Shown here: positions 36,775 through 44,898 of the stretch, piece by piece
How positions within the stretch are numbered: the first letter of the stretch is position 1
Layout: the number at the start of each line of letters is the position of its first letter
Source of the DNA: Candidatus Gottesmanbacteria bacterium RBG_16_52_11
Lineage (GTDB): Bacteria; Patescibacteriota; Microgenomatia; UBA10105; UBA927
Length of the DNA stretch: 64,000 nt
Reading direction: 5' to 3'
NCBI GenBank assembly: GCA_001779095.1
Contig: MFJD01000004.1
Coordinates: 173,031-237,030 of the forward strand
Notes under the pieces: generated by a model
What the model saw: only the letters and a program-made list of their open reading frames with translations
What the model was told of the DNA's origin: nothing
Databases searched by the model: none
Made by a program: the position numbers and the translations under genes

Positions 36775-37518
36775 ATGCGTCTTTATAAAGAGGAAAAACA
36801 CGAAGTCATATATCAGACCCAGGTTAATGATCCGTTTTTTAATTACGTAACGGAACTCATGTTTTCCCGGATGACCGGGCCAGGCCGCCTGCTGGATATG
36901 GGTTGCGGCAGCGGACGTAACATCATATTGGCTGCACAAAGGGGATTTGAGGGAGTCGGAATAGATATCAACAGTAAGTCACTTGAGGTTGCCGGGGAAT
37001 ATGCCAAAAGGATGGGCGTTGATAAGAAGACCAGGTTTATCAGGGCAGACCTGAGAAACCTGACATTGCTGGGATTAGGCAAGTTTGATTACGTGATGAT
37101 GCAGGAAGTGATCGAGCATGTCGAGGATTATCAGGCGCTGATCGATCTGTCATACCGGTTGCTTAAGAAAGGCGGCAGACTACTGTTAAGTACGCCGAAC
37201 GATCCGTCTCAGTGGAACCTGCTGGATGAGTATGCTGAACATGTGCGTCGCTTCAGACCGGTGGAGATACGTAGTGCGCTGAAGGAATTTTCCAGGATAG
37301 AAATATTTACTGTTGGGTTTCCCATACAGAGACTGACGATAACCATCTATGATCTGATGCTGAGAATCCTAAAGCGCCAGCATAAAGCCAAACTGTTCCG
37401 CCGCAACGACTTATTCCACGCGTTGTATTTCACTATAGGCGCTGCAGTCATGAATTTCGACGGACTATTTAACGGAATTCACATGGGAACTACTATAGTG
37501 GCGGGTGCGGAGAAGTGA
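36775..37518 (+). CDS. class I SAM-dependent methyltransferase
   Basis: LLDMGCGSGRN (motif I), DYVMMQEVIEHV and LLLSTPN motifs identify the family. Confidence 0.7.
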   Translation: MRLYKEEKHEVIYQTQVNDPFFNYVTELMFSRMTGPGRLLDMGCGSGRNIILAAQRGFEGVGIDINSKSLEVAGEYAKRMGVDKKTRFIRADLRNLTLLGLGKFDYVMMQEVIEHVEDYQALIDLSYRLLKKGGRLLLSTPNDPSQWNLLDEYAEHVRRFRPVEIRSALKEFSRIEIFTVGFPIQRLTITIYDLMLRILKRQHKAKLFRRNDLFHALYFTIGAAVMNFDGLFNGIHMGTTIVAGAEK

Positions 37519-37577
37519 ATCCCGTAAAATACTAATGGTATACTCGATAATTATCGTCCGGTAATAATTTTATTAGA

Positions 37578-38282
37578 ATGACCAGAAATCCCGGCGTCAG
37601 TATTGTCGTCATGGCGTATAACGAGGAACAGAACCTCGGTCCTACTATCGACGGGATCATGCGGGAAGTCCCCAAGGCAACCCGGAATTATGAAATCATA
37701 ATCGTCGAAGACGGCAGCACCGACGGGACGCTTGCAGTGGCAAAACAATATGCCCGGAGAAACCGTCGCATCAGGATAGTCCGGCACCGGATAAATTTCG
37801 GATTCGGAACTTCGTTTAAGGACGGTGTTGCCGCCGCGGAAAAAAAATACGTAATCGGTTTCCCCGGTGATAACGACACGTCACCGGTGTCCCTGAGACA
37901 GATTATCGGGCGCGCAAATGACCGGACAGTCGTTATTTCCTATCCAATCGACTGGAAACAGCGTTCCCTGGCGCGGCACATTATTTCCAGAAGCGTCGTG
38001 ATCCTGTTTAACCTCCTGTTTGGGATGCGACTCCGGTATTATACCGGACAGTTCCTGTGCCGGACTGGCGAACTGCAGAGGATGAATTTAAAGTCCAAAG
38101 GATTTGCCGTATACGCCGAAGCCAAAGTCCGGTTCCGGTATATGGGGATGAAATTTGAAGAAATACCGTTTGAGCATATCGGCCGGAAATTCGGTACCAC
38201 CAAAGCGATATCGTTCAGAAGCCTCTTAGAGACTCTGGAAACGATCGGAATACTCTTAACCGATATTTTTTTCAGAAAGTAA
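37578..38282 (+). CDS. GT2 family glycosyltransferase (DPM1/GtrB-like), paralog of 41787-42539
   Basis: VSIVVMAYNEEQNLGPTIDGIMREVP..IIVEDGSTDGT. About 60% identical to the 41787 gene product. Confidence 0.75.
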   Translation: MTRNPGVSIVVMAYNEEQNLGPTIDGIMREVPKATRNYEIIIVEDGSTDGTLAVAKQYARRNRRIRIVRHRINFGFGTSFKDGVAAAEKKYVIGFPGDNDTSPVSLRQIIGRANDRTVVISYPIDWKQRSLARHIISRSVVILFNLLFGMRLRYYTGQFLCRTGELQRMNLKSKGFAVYAEAKVRFRYMGMKFEEIPFEHIGRKFGTTKAISFRSLLETLETIGILLTDIFFRK

Positions 38283-38373
38283 TTCCTTAATTATTCGAAC
38301 AGACAGATGTGGGATTTCCCGGTAAGAATAGATTATTTTTACTTTAAAGTAGTATAGCTGTTTTTGAGTTGGT

Positions 38374-39579
38374 ATGAAATTATTGCGGACGCTTTTACTA
38401 ACAACAAAAGCTTATGATCCACTGTTGGCTTTACGTGGTTATTCAATTATTCTGATTGTCTGGTGGCACGTCTATTCATATTACCCAGTATATGCTTTTC
38501 ATAATGCCAGCCCTAACTACTGGTTACTATCATCAAGCCCATATGTAGGAGTCTGGACGTTTTTTATACTTTCGGGCTACTTAATCGGAAAGGGTTTTTT
38601 TGCCGGAAGATATACATTATCACCCCGAAATCTAATCCGTTTTTATATACATCGGTTAATGAAGATTGCGCCTTTATACTACCTGACAATAATATATATC
38701 TATTTTGTTCATATAATTCCCTATGGATATACCGAAACCAAACTTGCTCCATTTTTTTTCTTTAATGCAGCCAATCTGATTAATGACAGGTATTTGGGAT
38801 ATCTCTGGTTTGTATCGGTAGTGATTCAGCTTTATATCCTGTCTCCGCTAATCTATCTTGTGAACCGTATGATCCGGTTATTTCGAGTACCTGTATACGT
38901 ACCGTGGTTAATCATATTGGTATATTTTTTACTAATTCCGTTCACCTTTTCCATGCCATATTTACTTCAGAACAGGATGTATTATGATATCACTTTCTAT
39001 TCTTCCGTAGCAGTTAATTTAAGCTTCTTTCTTATCGGATTTTTCATAAATATACTATTTACGAATAAAAACAGTAGTGAGCAACAGGAAAGAATTACAG
39101 GTCGCCCGGCAGTAAAAAAAGTGATGGAAATAGGAGCCAACGTAAGTCTCGTGATACTATATATTATTTCCTCTTATGTTACCGAAAAATTTCTAATCGA
39201 TTATAATTCTAATCTTTTTAATATTATGTTCATTTTGCCTATTTTAACCGTAAGCATAGTCATATATTTCATAGTCACATCAGAGGGTGAAAACCATAAG
39301 AGAAACCGACACAGACAGATACAAGCTAATCACCGGACAATAAATATATTTGAAAAAGTCGGTCAATATTCCTATGGAGTATATTTGATTCACTACCTGG
39401 TTATTTATAGGCTTAAGTATAATTGCCATGCCAACTGTACAATTGCGGATTTACTTTATAAGCAATTACTAGTGTTCGGATGGAGCATGATCATAACAGT
39501 TATTATATACACGATTGCTGGAACTCTGAGAAAACGGATAATCCGAATCAAGCTGAATCCGTTTAAGTATTTACTGTGA
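38374..39579 (+). CDS. acyltransferase family 3 (membrane O-acyltransferase, OafA/WecH-like)
   Basis: LRGYSIILIVWWHV is the acyltransferase-3 N-terminal signature (RG..ILLVV..H). About 10 TM segments. The gene is strongly AT-rich compared with its flanks. Confidence 0.65.
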   Translation: MKLLRTLLLTTKAYDPLLALRGYSIILIVWWHVYSYYPVYAFHNASPNYWLLSSSPYVGVWTFFILSGYLIGKGFFAGRYTLSPRNLIRFYIHRLMKIAPLYYLTIIYIYFVHIIPYGYTETKLAPFFFFNAANLINDRYLGYLWFVSVVIQLYILSPLIYLVNRMIRLFRVPVYVPWLIILVYFLLIPFTFSMPYLLQNRMYYDITFYSSVAVNLSFFLIGFFINILFTNKNSSEQQERITGRPAVKKVMEIGANVSLVILYIISSYVTEKFLIDYNSNLFNIMFILPILTVSIVIYFIVTSEGENHKRNRHRQIQANHRTINIFEKVGQYSYGVYLIHYLVIYRLKYNCHANCTIADLLYKQLLVFGWSMIITVIIYTIAGTLRKRIIRIKLNPFKYLL

Positions 39580-39651
39580 AAATAAGGGAAAGGATCGTGT
39601 TCGCAATAAATTAATAAGACACTGCGGAGCGTTATTCCGCTGCCAGCATAT

Positions 39652-40155
39652 ATGATTAGCGTACTTGCCAGCATCCTACTGTTTATTGCAACTCTAGTGA
39701 TTCATATTATGGTCAGGCGTCCCAATGCCCGGAGTATCGGAATCGGAAAGGTGGTAGCGGATTTTGCGGTTGCCTGTATCCTAGCGGCAGTGGCAATTGT
39801 GGCACTTGGGGAATGGTTCAGGGACATCACGCCACCGCTGCCGCTGACCGGAATTGCGATATACGGATTTGCGGCTTTTTCGTATGTGTCTTTTTCCGCT
39901 AGCCCGTTTCTGGGGGATGAAAGCCCTTCGTCCGTAATCGTACTTTTGGCGAGGGAGAAGGGCAGTATGACGCTTGACGATGTATTATCCGAATTCCCGG
40001 ACCGGTCGATTGTCGACAAGCGGATTGCGGATCTGATCAGTACCGGCTGGATAAAAAGGACCCGGAAGGGACTGGTGGCAACCGGGACAGGCCGGATTAT
40101 CGCTGCAGCGTTTGGTACATACCGGCGGTTACTGGGATTAGGGGAGACGGGATGA
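39652..40155 (+). CDS. small membrane protein with C-terminal winged-helix domain (type A, 167 aa)
   Basis: Three TM helices, then SVIVLLAREKGSMTLDDVLSEFPDRSIVDKRIADLISTGWIKRTRKGLVATGTGRII (wHTH). A 4-nt overlap with the next gene. Confidence 0.55.
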   Translation: MISVLASILLFIATLVIHIMVRRPNARSIGIGKVVADFAVACILAAVAIVALGEWFRDITPPLPLTGIAIYGFAAFSYVSFSASPFLGDESPSSVIVLLAREKGSMTLDDVLSEFPDRSIVDKRIADLISTGWIKRTRKGLVATGTGRIIAAAFGTYRRLLGLGETG

Positions 40156-40742
40156 ATATTGACCGGCTGATAATAATCCAGGCGATAACCAGCTCAGCCG
40201 CAATGATGGCGCTGCAGACGTTCGTAATGTCCGGGAAATACAAACAGGCAATCCTCAGGAGCCTTATGGCTGCATTCGGATACGCCACAATTTGCCATTA
40301 CCTGATATCCGCGGCAGTTCTAGCGTATTTACTAAACAGCGGACCGGTGCCGGATTTGTTACCGCTTTATGCTTATCCGGTAATATCATTCATTCTCTTC
40401 GGACTGGTCTGTTTTTCCGTTGTCCTGACGGTTTTCGGCCTCACAGTTACGTCACTCCGGATCCATATCCTGACCGAAATAGCTGATGCAGGAGAACCCG
40501 GAATCGCAGAGACTGCACTTGAGAAGAAATATTCCAAGCGGGAAGTCATGGTTGTGCGGCTGATCCGGCTGACCGAATCCGGCGAACTTGTGAATCGGGG
40601 CCGGCGGTATTTCCCGGTTTACCACCGCTCCTACTTTCTGCTGCATACATTTATCCTGATGTTATACAATCGGCTGTATAATCTGCCCGGGTATGCCCGG
40701 TATTGGAAGAGCGTGGGAGCGAAGTTATTGACGGGAAAATAA
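40152..40742 (+). CDS. small membrane protein with C-terminal winged-helix-like domain (type B, 196 aa)
   Basis: Four TM helices, then IAETALEKKYSKREVMVVRLIRLTESGELVNRGRRYFPV. Counterpart of the 32359-32937 gene. Confidence 0.5.
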   Translation: MNIDRLIIIQAITSSAAMMALQTFVMSGKYKQAILRSLMAAFGYATICHYLISAAVLAYLLNSGPVPDLLPLYAYPVISFILFGLVCFSVVLTVFGLTVTSLRIHILTEIADAGEPGIAETALEKKYSKREVMVVRLIRLTESGELVNRGRRYFPVYHRSYFLLHTFILMLYNRLYNLPGYARYWKSVGAKLLTGK

Positions 40743-40800
40743 TTATTCTGATTATTCTAATTAACCTAATTATTCTAAGCATCCCACAATTTATTTACCG
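40742..40800 (+). promoter_or_regulatory. ATTATTCTAA motif array (3 copies) immediately upstream of epimerase gene
   Basis: attattctgATTATTCTAAttaacctaATTATTCTAAgc...tttattt lies 7 nt before the ATG at 40807. Related arrays occur at 42521-42567 and 46453-46500, with single copies at 16934 and 38291. Confidence 0.45.
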
Positions 40801-40806
40801 GATTTT

Positions 40807-41790
40807 ATGAACGTACTGGTTACCGGCGCGGGGGGTTTCATCGGCAGTCACATGGTGGATCACTTACTGGAAAAGGGCCACAGTGTTACCGGCTTGGATA
40901 TATTTTCCCGGGGTAAGGAAGAGCATCTACCGTCGAAACAGTATGGAAACCTGCTCCGGCTGATCCAGGCAGACGTGTCTGACCGCACGGCGCTACGGGA
41001 GAAATATTTCCGGGGCGTCGACTGGGTGTTTCACTTCGCCGGCCGCTCCAGTAACGTCAAGTCGCTCGAGAATCCGCCGGAGTACCATGCCGTCAATGCC
41101 ACCGGTACGCTGAACATGCTGATTGCTGCCCATAAGGCTAAGGTGAAACGGTTCGTCTACGCGGCATCGTATTCGTGTTACGGCCAGCCACGAAAGTTTC
41201 CTACCCCGGAAACGGCGCTACTCAAGCCGGAATTCCCGTATGCCCTGACTAAGCTGGCAGGCGAACGCTATACACTGCACTGGCATCGGGCATTCGGATT
41301 GCCGACGATATCCCTGAGGATGACCAGCGTTTATGGGCCGAAAATCCGGACCGGTGGGAACTTCGGGCCAGTAGTCTCACTTTTTGTCGGGCAGAAAACG
41401 GACAGGAAGCCGTTTACAGTAGCCGGTGACGGCAGCCAGAGCCGGGATTTCGTGTATATCGATGACGTGGTTGAAGCGTTTCTGGCTGCTGCCCGGTCGG
41501 ATGTTGCCGGGGAAGTATTTAACGTCGGCAGCGGCCGGTCAGTCAGCCTCAATCGACTGGTGGAACTGCTAGGCGGTCCGGTGACATATGTCTCCAGAAG
41601 GCCGGGAGAAGTCAATAAAACTCTGGCGGATATAAAGAAAATTAAAAAATATTTGGGGTGGACTCCAAAGGTACGTTTTAACCACGGAATCAGAAGGGTG
41701 CTTGAAAGTGCAGGACAAACGGTGAAGCCCGGATTTAATGTCAGAACAATCCGTCCGTCAACAAACAGGCGGAAAGGCGGACACGTATGA
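40807..41790 (+). CDS. NAD-dependent sugar epimerase/dehydratase
   Basis: LVTGAGGFIGSHMVDHL, YALTK and SVYGPK motifs identify the family. About 55% identical to the 26732 gene product. Confidence 0.8.
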   Translation: MNVLVTGAGGFIGSHMVDHLLEKGHSVTGLDIFSRGKEEHLPSKQYGNLLRLIQADVSDRTALREKYFRGVDWVFHFAGRSSNVKSLENPPEYHAVNATGTLNMLIAAHKAKVKRFVYAASYSCYGQPRKFPTPETALLKPEFPYALTKLAGERYTLHWHRAFGLPTISLRMTSVYGPKIRTGGNFGPVVSLFVGQKTDRKPFTVAGDGSQSRDFVYIDDVVEAFLAAARSDVAGEVFNVGSGRSVSLNRLVELLGGPVTYVSRRPGEVNKTLADIKKIKKYLGWTPKVRFNHGIRRVLESAGQTVKPGFNVRTIRPSTNRRKGGHV

Positions 41791-42539
41791 AGAAGGTTAG
41801 TAAATTGAGCAGGGCGAAGACAGGAAAAACCGGTACCGGTATCATCGTGATGGCATACAACGAAGAAAAGAATCTGGGTCCGGCCCTGGACGGTCTGTTG
41901 CGGGAAGTCCCCAAAGTTACCGATGACTTCGAGATACTGGTCATAGACGACGGATCGGATGACTCAACCGGCAATGTTGCCGATAAGTACGGCCGGAAAA
42001 GCCGGCATATCCGGGTGGTCCACCACCGGGAAAACCGGGGATTCGGCCGTTCTTTCCGCAGTGGTGTCAGCCTGACCCGGAAGCGGTACGTGGTGGGATT
42101 CCCCGGTGATAACGATACATCACCCGCATCCCTGGCGCAGCTAGTCAGGCGGGCAAACGACCGCACGGTCGTGACCTGTTATCCGACGGACCTCAGTAAC
42201 CGTTCGGCATTCCGCCATCTGATATCCAAGTCGTTCGTGGTGCTGATGAACGCTGTTTTCAGAATGAACCTGAAATACTTCAACGGGTCATTCATATACC
42301 TCACCGAAGCGGTTAAAAACCTGAATCTTAAGTCAGACGGATTTGCCATATACGCCGAAGCCAAAGTCCGGCTGCGGCATCTGGGATATCCTTTTGAGGA
42401 AATTCCGTTCATTTATACGGGCAGAAAGCACGGTACGTCCAAAGCAGTAACCGGCAAAAGCGTCCGGGAGACTCTGGAAACGATCATTACTTTAGTGAAG
42501 GATATATATCTTAAAAAAAGAATAAATTATTCTAATTAA
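41787..42539 (+). CDS. GT2 family glycosyltransferase (DPM1/GtrB-like)
   Basis: GIIVMAYNEEKNLGPALDGLLREVP..LVIDDGSDDST. The C-terminal 6 codons (RINYSN) are encoded by the ATTATTCTAATTAA repeat motif. Confidence 0.75.
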   Translation: MKKVSKLSRAKTGKTGTGIIVMAYNEEKNLGPALDGLLREVPKVTDDFEILVIDDGSDDSTGNVADKYGRKSRHIRVVHHRENRGFGRSFRSGVSLTRKRYVVGFPGDNDTSPASLAQLVRRANDRTVVTCYPTDLSNRSAFRHLISKSFVVLMNAVFRMNLKYFNGSFIYLTEAVKNLNLKSDGFAIYAEAKVRLRHLGYPFEEIPFIYTGRKHGTSKAVTGKSVRETLETIITLVKDIYLKKRINYSN

Positions 42540-42567
42540 CCTAATTGACCTGATTATTCTAAAAAAG
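42521..42567 (+). promoter_or_regulatory. ATTATTCTAA motif array (2 copies) upstream of epimerase gene
   Basis: aataaATTATTCTAAttaacctaattgacctgATTATTCTAAaaaag lies 4-19 nt before the ATG(s) at 42572/42587. Confidence 0.4.
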
Positions 42568-42571
42568 AAGT

Positions 42572-43600
42572 ATGGCTAAAATAAATATGAAAAGGACAGT
42601 GCTGGTAACCGGAGCCGGAGGCTTTATCGGCAGCCATCTGGTCGACAGGCTATACGCCGACGGACATGATGTGACCGGTATCGGTAACTTTGCCGGGGGT
42701 TCCGATGAGCATCTGGCAGGTAAAACCGACCGGTCACGGATCAGATTCATTGAGGCCGATATCACTGACAGCCGGCAGCTGAAGGCTGAATATTTCCACG
42801 GTACCGACTGGGTATTTCATTTGGCAGCGCGTTCGGGGAATGCCAAGTCTTTGGCAGAACCTTTTGCATTCCATGAAACCAATGTCAGCGGAACGGTCAA
42901 TGTACTCGAAGCCGCGCGCAAAGCAAACGTAAAAAAGCTTATTTACGCTGCGTCATCCACCTGCTACGGCAATGCCCGGTGCCCGACGCCGGAAACGGCA
43001 CCGGTTGCACCCGTGTCACCCTACGGACTGACGAAGTTCCTGGGTGAGGAGTACGTCATGCACTGGGGCCAGGTTTTCCGGCTGCCGGTCGTCAGCCTCC
43101 GGCTTTACTACGTTTACGGACCGAAAATCAGGCCCGGCGGTTCATACGGAGCATTAGTAACCATGTTTCTTAACCAGCTCCTGACTGAAGGACATGTGAC
43201 CCTCAGCGGCGACGGAAGTCAGAAACGTGACTTTACGTACGTCGCCGATGCCGTTGACGCCCTGGTAACCGCTGCGCGGTCTTCCATATTCGGGGAAATT
43301 TTCAACGCCGGCAGCGGTCAAGTTTCGGACCTGAAAAAACTTGCCGGTCTGTTAGGCGGCAGGATAGTGCATGCCAAGCCGCTGTCCGGTGAAATAATGT
43401 CAGCCTACCCGGATCTCCATAAAATCAGGAGAATCCTGAAATGGAAACCAAAGACTGATATCATAACCGGAATTGCAATGGTTCTGGCCAGCCGGGATAT
43501 GTGGGAGAAAAATCCCGGTAACGCGCCGGACCGGATGCGTGACAATCTTAAAAATCGTCAGAGGAACAGCAGGATCAGAAGATTAAAAATTAATGTATGA
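42572..43600 (+). CDS. NAD-dependent sugar epimerase/dehydratase
   Basis: LVTGAGGFIGSHLVDRL, YGLTK and YVYGPK motifs identify the family. An alternative ATG at 42587 would begin MKRTVLVTG. Confidence 0.8.
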   Translation: MAKINMKRTVLVTGAGGFIGSHLVDRLYADGHDVTGIGNFAGGSDEHLAGKTDRSRIRFIEADITDSRQLKAEYFHGTDWVFHLAARSGNAKSLAEPFAFHETNVSGTVNVLEAARKANVKKLIYAASSTCYGNARCPTPETAPVAPVSPYGLTKFLGEEYVMHWGQVFRLPVVSLRLYYVYGPKIRPGGSYGALVTMFLNQLLTEGHVTLSGDGSQKRDFTYVADAVDALVTAARSSIFGEIFNAGSGQVSDLKKLAGLLGGRIVHAKPLSGEIMSAYPDLHKIRRILKWKPKTDIITGIAMVLASRDMWEKNPGNAPDRMRDNLKNRQRNSRIRRLKINV

Positions 43601-44307
43601 AAAAATCTAAGAAAACCGTCGATGCGGGCAGGTATAACCGGGATAAAGAACTCTTATCGTCCCATTACAGCCAATATTACCGGGATTATCCGGACGGGGT
43701 CACCCTGCCGCCGGAAATTGCCGAACTGGTCGACAAAAACATGATCCGGCTCTTAATCCGCCTGGCCCGTTACAAGTTCGTCGCCCGGATTGTCAAACCG
43801 TCGGATACGGTACTGGATGTGGGTTGCGGCCTGGGATTGGGAGACATCTTCCTCGGACAGCATGCCGGACACGTCACCGGTATCGATATCAGGGAGCATG
43901 AAATTGCCGAAGCCCGGTCCGTAAACCGGCGTGATAATGTAACTTTCAAGGTAATAGATCTTTACAATCTACCCCGGAACCGGAAGTTCGACGTGGTCAT
44001 TGCCCTGGACGTAATCGAGCATATGGCAGTTGAAGACGGCCGGAAACTCCTGAAAGCCATGGCAACGCACCTGAAACCTGACGGCATGGCCGTCATCGGA
44101 ACCCCGAGCATCTATTCATATCCGTATCAGGGACACTTGAGCCAGGCCGGGCATATCAAATGTTACGATCAGAAGGAGCTGACGGACCTGATGGAATCCG
44201 TGTTCGGCCGGACGGTCGCGTTATCGATGAACGACGAGGTAGTGCATACGGGACACCCCAAAATGAGCTGGTATTATTTCGTCCTGGCATTTAACCCGAA
44301 AAAGTAA
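43597..44307 (+). CDS. class I SAM-dependent methyltransferase
   Basis: VLDVGCGLGLG (motif I) and DVVIALDVIEHM motifs identify the family. 4-nt overlap with the upstream gene. Confidence 0.7.
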   Translation: MKKSKKTVDAGRYNRDKELLSSHYSQYYRDYPDGVTLPPEIAELVDKNMIRLLIRLARYKFVARIVKPSDTVLDVGCGLGLGDIFLGQHAGHVTGIDIREHEIAEARSVNRRDNVTFKVIDLYNLPRNRKFDVVIALDVIEHMAVEDGRKLLKAMATHLKPDGMAVIGTPSIYSYPYQGHLSQAGHIKCYDQKELTDLMESVFGRTVALSMNDEVVHTGHPKMSWYYFVLAFNPKK

Positions 44308-44320
44308 AGAAATTACGGTT

Positions 44321-44845
44321 ATGCTAAAAAAATACCCGTCCGCTAAAAGCACGACGTTTTATTTCAACGAAAGCATTATCACCATTGACACCGGTCTGAT
44401 CAGAAGGCTGAAGGATTCATCCCGGAAGGACAAGTTAGGCAGGGCGCGGGTATGCCTCCATTCCGGACCGGATGCAGCGGTACAGGAAATGATCATCGCC
44501 ATGGACCGGAAAACGTATGTCAGGCCGCACCGGCACCACACGAAAACCGAGTCCACACATATTATCGAGGGAGAACTGCTGATAATACTTTTTGACGATA
44601 CCGGTAAACCGGTCCGGCGGATCAGTTTGCGGGCTGGAAAAACGGGGCAACCGTTTGCCTGCCGCATACCGCAGATGACCTGGCATACCCAGATACCTCA
44701 GACCCAAACCGCCGTGATCCACGAAATCATCAGCGGTCCTTTCAGTTCCGGCAGTTCAGATTTTGCTACCTGGGCACCGGAGGAGGGGGATACGGAAGCC
44801 TCAGACCGGTACATCAGAAAAATTAACCGCATAGCCCGCAGATAG
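44321..44845 (+). CDS. cupin-fold protein, WbuC-like (sugar-pathway associated)
   Basis: 174 aa. RVCLHSG...VRPHRHH.TESTHIIEGELLI is a cupin metal-binding His cluster arranged as in the WbuC family. The call is tentative. Confidence 0.45.
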   Translation: MLKKYPSAKSTTFYFNESIITIDTGLIRRLKDSSRKDKLGRARVCLHSGPDAAVQEMIIAMDRKTYVRPHRHHTKTESTHIIEGELLIILFDDTGKPVRRISLRAGKTGQPFACRIPQMTWHTQIPQTQTAVIHEIISGPFSSGSSDFATWAPEEGDTEASDRYIRKINRIARR

Positions 44846-44898
44846 ATTGGTTTTCTTTCCTTGAATCCCGTAAGAAAGATGATATTATCATTGCGAAG

